From Neoechinorhynchus agilis (Eukaryota > Animalia > Acanthocephala): DNA of 64,000 nt. Under the pieces are notes generated by a model. The model ran no database searches. It was not told the origin of the DNA and was given only the letters and a program-made list of their open reading frames with translations. The stretch covers positions 4,773,489-4,837,488 of the forward strand of contig CM121342.1 of the NCBI GenBank assembly GCA_051530055.1, written 5' to 3'. The position numbers and the translations under genes are program-made. This document shows positions 57,021 to 64,000 of this stretch, one piece after another (the first letter of the stretch is position 1; each line of letters begins with the position of its first letter).

Positions 57021-60000
57021 TTAATCGAATAGGTCTTGTTCGAGCGGTCGTCGTATCCATAAACCCAGACCAGCTGAGGAAAATGCCCTTATAGCCATTG
57101 ATTTCGCTTCTCGATAACCATCAGCTAGCAGCTTAGCATCCCCATAAATGAGCCCTGAGTGTTGGCTTAATTTAAAATCCGTGCACAAGTATTTCCAGTA
57201 CTCAAATAAGCTTCGTCTACTTAGTCGTGAGCTGCTATAATCCTCTTTTAACCCGTTTTCCGAATTTATGAGCTCTCGAAAGGACGATATCCCATTGTAC
57301 CATATAAAAGAGTGAAACGGAGCTTTTCTTGCTAAACGCGGTAAACATAGGGATGCTTTTATTAGGACAGGTCTATGGAAGCAGAAGCCATTGGGAAGGT
57401 TTTCATCCGTCAACTGTTCTATTCGTCCGTACATGGCTCTTTTTAAGTGATCGGAATGGAACAGTGTTCCGATCGCTATGGTGCTCAAATATACAGGCTC
57501 GATGAAGACGCTTAGTAGTGAACCTGAAATAAATAACAAAAATGGTTAGTTTAGAGAGAAAGTGATTTTAAAAACACACCCGAGACGAATGTATATACGT
57601 CGACTGATCGAATCAGAGTCATTTAAAAAAATTAAGATTGGATTTTTAATCATAAACACCGAACTATACACACTCAATCGGTTACCCAAGTTTTAAATGT
57701 TGAAAATTCCATCGGCTTACGAAACTCCCCACGAGTCAAAACGAAAACAATCATTTAGTGTTTTTTAGTATTTTTATATGTGGCTTAACCAGTAGTCTTT
57801 TTTGATAGATATTTTATTATTCCATACACGGCCGAAATAAAATATCTACCAAAAAAAGACTACCGGCTTAGCCACATATAAAAATTCTAAAAACTTATCC
57901 AGGCCAATTTGTGGCGAAGTTTGTACATTCCCTAGTTGTGCTGATGAGGTGGTCAAGTGGACTAAAGCTTTAGATCCCAGTTTGTTGGGTCAATTGGTTC
58001 GAATCCGACAACCAAAGGGGACGAAATACCTCCCTAAAGGGAAGAGGAAACTCACTGATTAGTCCCACGTTGGAGGTATCTTAGAATCCGGAGAGATGTA
58101 CGGTCTTGTGGACCAGCACCGTCCCAGACGAATGAATCGGCGATGGACTGTGGATGTCCATTCGGCCGTGTATGAAAAAAATAAACATATCTATAAAAAA
58201 TCATTTGGTTTGTCTGTGACATATTCCTTTGCAATATTTTAGATTGAATTGATAAAACTATTGAACGCGATCTCTCGCTCGGGTGTTCATAAGCGACCTA
58301 AACAACAACAAATTTAATTACCAGAACCCAGGACCGTTTAGAAGAAATTGTGAGAAGGGAAAAGTGCTAACCTTGAACACCGATGATGTTCCATCTGCAG
58401 ATTTTGTCTGAACATGACATTGTCTGTAAGGGTTCTCCCGATACAATTCCATCACAAGTCTGAATATGTGATCCGGGAGTAATCAAAACGGTTCCTTCGC
58501 CAGCCTCGATCTTTTTTCTGAGTTGACCTCGAGCCTTTCGGTTTGGATGAACATCATTCCCGTCATTGCACTCACCTTCATGTATTGAAAATACACGAGC
58601 ATCTCCACAAGGACTCGTCGAAACGTACAAATGAAAGGATATTTCGTCTTTAAGTCTAAGCTTTCCTCCGGCCGCTTGTTCAAAGATGCCATTATTGGTC
58701 GTAATGTAGACATGTAACATCTCCATCAAGTATAAAACTAAGCATCTTCGTGCAATAATCTCAGCATGACAATCTCTCAAAACTTGGCCATTTCCACGTA
58801 AATTCTCAGCGTTTATACATTTTGTACCTGTAGTTACACAAATAACTTGAGCGCCCGTCTGCAAATCTTCATCACTTTTGGTCATTACGATGCCTGCTAG
58901 AACTTTTCTTCGTTGCAAAGTTGGATCATCCGAAGATAGGCTTTCAAACGTCCTTTTCACGAGCAATGAAATGGCATCAGCAAATTGTTGAGTGTCCATT
59001 TGGGAACTTTCAAAAGAGCGAACATTGCATCTAGGATCATGTACGTGACGCTTTTGTTGAAAAGCAAACCTCAATCCGTACAAGGCCCCTAGAACAGCAT
59101 GTGCAGCATTGGATCTTGCCAACTTTTTGCTTCGTCCATGCCCGTCGTAAACATTTCCATTTAAACGAATCCTACATGTGAATGTTTCCTGGGCGCTTTT
59201 CGCTCTTTCCAATAACATCTCATAGTTTAGATTTGGAAATACCTCATTTAAAATTGCCATTGGACCTTTGCCCATTAAGACAACACTTCTATCGCCCACT
59301 ATAATTTCGCTGTTGTCTTCGTTCACTTCTCCGGCTACTAAAGTCTCGTTATTAGTCTGAGAACTTTCAGAACAACCAAATGAACTATTGGGGATCTTAT
59401 TGGCGTAGAAAGTCGTAACGTTTATGTAATCCGAAGACGATTTTGCCAAAATGGGAGTTGTCGGTCTACTTGCCGTAGATGTGGTGGCATTATCGGAATC
59501 ATAAGATACCAATGCATCGTTTGGAGGAGAAAAATTGATCATTTGATCTATAATGTTAAAAAGGCAGATTCTGGAAGCTTCCCATTTCGCCATCGCCGGA
59601 CAAGAAGCAACTGCGTGTGCTTCATCTGAGTCAGAGTGATCTTTAACGGCAAACATGACTTTAAATTGGTCGACAAACTTTTTCTTTCCTTTCAAATCAA
59701 CCCAATAATCATAACATTTCAAAAAATCCTGCTTCAATTGCCGTTCCACGCTCTCGGACCGTTCTATAGCTTTTACGAATTCTTCGTCACAGAGCCCAAT
59801 GTCCGTTGGATGCTGCAGTTTTTGATATGTGGTTTTCGGACGAATTTCATTCAGAAGCGCCGTGTAATTATGGGCATGCTCAAGCTGTTTAAGTGCCTCC
59901 AATGAGATAATTTCTAACTCGGTTAAAAGATCATAAATCATGGTAAATTCGGTGCCACATAATCGCCGACGATGCCGTCCATTGTTGAATTTATGCCTCC

Positions 60001-60094
60001 TTTGTCCTCTATGGTTAACACGGAAATCTACATCTCTTCTCCTGCGTGAATCGTACTCAACTGATTGATCGAAGTGGCCAAACATGGTCTCCAC
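57021..60094 (-). CDS. ADAR: dsRNA adenosine deaminase (ADAR2-like), exons 60094-58372 and 57523-57021; 5-prime exon(s) unresolved
   Basis: dsRBD PMAILNE...GHGRSKKLARSNAA; intact deaminase motifs DCHAE, SPCGDA, MSCSDK; VQ|GSLLSVFIEPVYLS junction via 848-nt GT-AG intron. Confidence 0.92.
57762..57893 (-). other. ~57-bp hairpin within the ADAR intron
   Basis: 57762-57818 vs 57836-57893 inverted, 5 mismatches and 1 bulge. Confidence 0.85.
57943..58185 (+). mobile_element. tRNA-derived SINE (Ser-like head) antisense in the ADAR intron
   Basis: GATGAGGTGGTCAAGTGG (A box, resembles tRNA-Ser 5-prime end), GGTTCGAATCC (B box 57996), broken anticodon and acceptor arms, A-rich tail. Confidence 0.65.
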
Positions 60095-60940
60095 TGATAC
60101 AGAAAAGCAAATCTAAAAGTGCTCAATGATAACTTATCTCCAAAATCCATTCAGCAATTTTTTGACGGCACACTGTGAAACTTGTGCGATGTAGCGGCGC
60201 ATTTTCACTTATTTGACGACGTATTTTTCTAATAATAATCGGTAATGTTTGTTTTTCATTGACTTTGTTTAAAAAAAGGATCCGTTCTTTTTAGAACGAT
60301 GGTGGTCCGTCGTCGTTGTTGTTCGATCCTTAAAAAATAGAACGAAAACATGAAGATCTCTGCAAACAAACCAGTGTTTTAAAAAACGAATTGCCGGTGC
60401 TTTTTTAGTTGCTCGATAGTTTACATCGATGACCTGCACATCATTTTTTGGCTGTAATCGTCCTCGATCCGGACCAAGACAACACCATATTCGATCAAAC
60501 AAGATTATTCAAGTCGAATCGACATTATTTAATAATATCGGCGGATAATAATAGCACCTTTTATTGACAAAGAATATGAACCGTGTCCCTCTTTCCGCTC
60601 TCATGAACACTCGAGGTCTAATTTTTTCATTGTGGTTGTTGACTTTGGAACGAACAAGGGGTTTGGTAGGGTCGCTCTCGTAACAATCTCTCGGTACAAC
60701 AACTCTGGCATTCTCCATGATCTCTAAAACGTTCACATTCCCGAATACCAAGAGCAACTTGTCCCTTGCAGCTTCAGAAGCCGGCGAGCCAACTGCTTTT
60801 ATCGAAAAATAAGCGATTCAATAGGCACTGGAGGGGAAAGACGTTTTTCACCACCTTTTATAAAGTGCAAAAGTAATAATTTCTTACGAAAATTTTGCAG
60901 TTTGGAAGAAGTTCACACACAATTAAGATAAAAAATCTAG

Positions 60941-62452
60941 TGAGGAGGAATATCAGCATGGCGCCAGAGATTCAGGACGGGGAGGAATATCAGGATGACA
61001 ATGTTGATGGAATCGAGATTTTGACTGAGGAGGAATATCAGGACGGCCAGATTCAGGACGAGGAGGAATATCAGGATTTCGCCAAAGATTCAGGACGGGG
61101 AGGAATATCAGGATGGATGGCACAATAGAGCAGACGGCGACAATGTTGATGGAATCGAGATTTTGACTGAGGAGGAATATCAGGATTTCGCCAGATTCAG
61201 GACGAGGAGGAATATCAGGATGGATGGCACAATAGAGCAGACGGCGACAATGTTGATGGAATCGAGATTCAGGCGGAGGAGGAATATCAGGATTTCGCCA
61301 AAGATTCAGGACGAGGAGGAATATCAGGATTTCGCCAAAGATTCAGGACGAGGAGGAATATCAGAATGGATGGCACAATAGAGCAGACGGCGACAATGTT
61401 GATGGAATCGAGATTTTGACTGAGGAGGAATATCAGGATTTCGCCAGATTCAGGACGAGGAGGAATATCAGGATTTCGCCAAAGATTCAGGACGAGGAGG
61501 AATATCAGGATGGATGGCACAATAGAGCAGACGGCGACAATGTTGATGGAATCGAGATTTTGACTGAGGAGGAATATCAGGATTTCGCCAGATTCAGGAC
61601 GAGGAGGAATATCAGGATTTCGCCAAAGATTCAGGACGGGGAGGAATATCAGGATTTCGCCAAAGATTCAGGACGAGGAGGAATATCAGAATGGATGGCA
61701 CAATAGAGCAGACGGCGACAATGTTGATGGAATCGAGATTTTGACTGAGGAGGAATATCAGGACGTCACCTCAGATTCCGACCGAGGAGGAATATCAGGA
61801 TTTCGCCAAAGATTCAGGACGAGGAGGAATATCAGGATGGATGGCACAATAGAGCAGACGGCGACAATATTGATGGAATCGAGATTTTGACTGAGGAGGA
61901 ATATCAGGATTTCGCCAGATTCAGGACGAGGAGGAATATCAGGATGGATGGCACAATAGAGCAGACGGCGACAATGTTGATGGAATCGAGATTCAGGCTG
62001 AGGAGGAATATCAGGATTTCGCCAGATTCAGCGAGGAGGAATATCAGGATTTCGCCAAAGATTCAGGACGAGGAGGAATATCAGAATGGATGGTACAATA
62101 GAGCAGACGGCGACAATATTGATGGAATCGAGATTTTGACTGAGGAGGAATATCAGGATTTCGCCAGATTCAGGACGAGGAGGAATATCAGGATGGATGG
62201 TACAATAGAGCAGACGGCGACAATGTTGATGGAATCGAGATTTTGACTGAGGAGGAATATCAGGACGGTAGATTCCGACCGAAGAGGAATATCAGGATTT
62301 CGCCAGAGATTCAGGACGAGGAGGAATATCAGGATGGATGGCACAATAGAGCAGACGGCGACAATATTGATGGAATCGAGATTTTGACTGAGGAGGAAAT
62401 CAGGACGGCACCTCAGATTCCGACCGAGGAGGAATATTGGGAGTTGAGGTGA
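60941..62452. repeat. Composite array: constant core GAGGAGGAATATCAGGA separated by a small set of reused segments (units 35, 37, 72 nt)
   Basis: Core recurs throughout; translates to EEEYQD repeats with recurrent frameshifts. Confidence 0.9.
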
Positions 62453-63084
62453 TCACGAGGACCCAGAGGTACGTGGCTCTTCTTCTTTAACAAAATAAAA
62501 AAATAAAACGTGTTAATTATAAATCTCGGCGATTCTAAAACTGCCTAGCAGATGATCGAATACTTATACCATTATTGCTAACCTCAATCTCTTTGATCGT
62601 TGATCTTTTTTGACTTTGTGACTAAACTGACAATGTTGAAATTTTTATTTTACGTAATTCAGAGATCTTCGCCATTTGCGAGTTGTAGGAAATCGACGTT
62701 TTAATCGCACGAAATGATTTTATGAATTCATCATTCTGTTCTAGAGAAAGTAATGATAGGATACTACTGATTAGAGCGAAACAAGTCGATTATTTTTTGA
62801 TCGTTATCGATTCTTAGGAAGATGCATGGTAGTGAAAATATGGCAAAACTCCACCGCAATCATTTTAAAGGAAAGCTGCATGAAAATTTCTGAGAAAGCG
62901 CGAAGAGTCAACTCTTCTTTATTATTAAAAGGTTTAAATACCGTTCAAGTCCTCTGGTATACTTTCGAAACAACCCAATAACTTTATAACAAAAGTAAGC
63001 GTAGTTAGCCAATCGAACGTTTATTGCAAAGAATATAGATTGCAGCGAAGAACCGCATGAATTTTGTGTTGTACTTTTTGAAGT

Positions 63085-63971
63085 TCATTTCCATATCGAA
63101 CTGAGGAGGCCTGTTATAACACCTCCGCTTCCACCACTACTCAAAGGACCGGCAGGTTGATCTTCCTTTGGACATTCGATTTTCGTCGATGGTAAAGCTG
63201 ATTCCAAAAGTGCATCCGTTTGTTGAATAAGCTGAGCCGCGGCAATATACAGGTCGTCTCTGTCAAAAGTTGAGAAATACGATTTTAGTGAGCCTGAGAA
63301 ATTGCGGGAACTGGAGACGAATGCTTTTTTTTGAGCGTCAAGCCTTATTCTAGTTAAGTAAGCTGCATTTTTCGACGGAACACTGGATGCTTCATGAGGC
63401 AGAAGGATCAGCAATGAGTTGACGGCATCAATATTGGCTTTGATTGCAGCAGCAATTTGCTTGATCGTTTCTAAAAAGATTTGTCTATCGGAAATCTTGT
63501 CGGGAATCTGACTGAGGATATATTTAAGACGATCCGCACGAGCCACCAGATCACATCCACTAGGAGTAGCAGCCATACCATCGGAATTCGATGACACAAG
63601 GAATTCTGCGGACAATAGGCGACCGTATTTTAACGAATCGATCTTCTCAGAGGTAAGCGGTGAGATGATTCGTCAATTTATGTCGTTTTTTCGCCCGTAT
63701 CAGCCAACGAATCGAGCAGACTAATTGTAAATTCAGTAGCGAACGATGGCCAAACGTCGATCAGTTGTATTAGAGCCTGCCGAAGCGCTATTTTGTCGGT
63801 TTCGGACGATTCAGTCTCATCGATGGCCGATAGGATCGAATGGAATGGCTGTGTGAAGCATTCACAAGCTGGTCGTTGTCGTACCGATTGAATAGATGCG
63901 TTGTCGCTTTTGTTCGGACATTGAGCAATGCGTTGAGGTTGTGGCTGTACAGACGGAGCACTCCCGTGCAT
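63085..63971 (-). CDS. PDCD10: Programmed cell death 10 / CCM3 homologue, 2 exons
   Basis: LKYILSQIPDKISDRQIFLETIKQIAAAIK, QKKAFVSSSRNFSGSLKSYF, QLIQQT; N-terminal PFHSILSAIDE...LRQALIQ in a separate frame. Confidence 0.85.
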
Positions 63972-64000
63972 AAGCGACCGGACAAAATCGAAGGGATTTA

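Noticed and set aside
57943-58015. Functional tRNA gene
   Set aside because: Anticodon arm is truncated and the acceptor stem does not pair
58052-58234. DDE transposase fragment (FVWDGAG)
   Set aside because: It is the antisense translation of the tRNA-derived SINE body
60941-62452. CRISPR-like repeat-spacer array
   Set aside because: Spacers are reused from a small set, context is eukaryotic and no cas genes are present

Overview
AT-rich, gene-dense ANIMAL (eukaryotic) genomic window with spliced genes and no prokaryotic features. Recognisable genes: SGNH-fold protein, MED26-like, PAS kinase (catalytic motifs degenerate), NARFL/CIAO3, nuclear-receptor LBD protein with no visible DBD, neuronal calcium sensor, MIT-domain protein, Na/K-ATPase beta subunit, STRA6-like, Link/C-type lectin/EGF protein, Jun, ADAR and PDCD10. 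About a quarter of the window is locus-specific tandem arrays (18-328 bp units), plus many fold-back/MITE-like inverted repeats, a tRNA-derived SINE and a decayed RTE LINE. Main discovery: besides ordinary GT-AG introns, at least 8 interruptions in 5 genes (NARFL, Na/K-beta, STRA6-like, SGNH, PDCD10) restore the family alignment best when removed as NON-GT/AG introns. Nearly all have 9-23 bp inverted repeats at or near their termini, and several can be read A...AT or A...AC. Three share a GCAGG...CCTGC stem core, and two in unrelated genes share an identical 32-nt internal motif in sense orientation. This resembles the MITE-derived non-canonical introns of the larvacean Fritillaria borealis; taxon assignment is inference only. 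All splice models were built by hand from recalled family motifs and need transcript confirmation.
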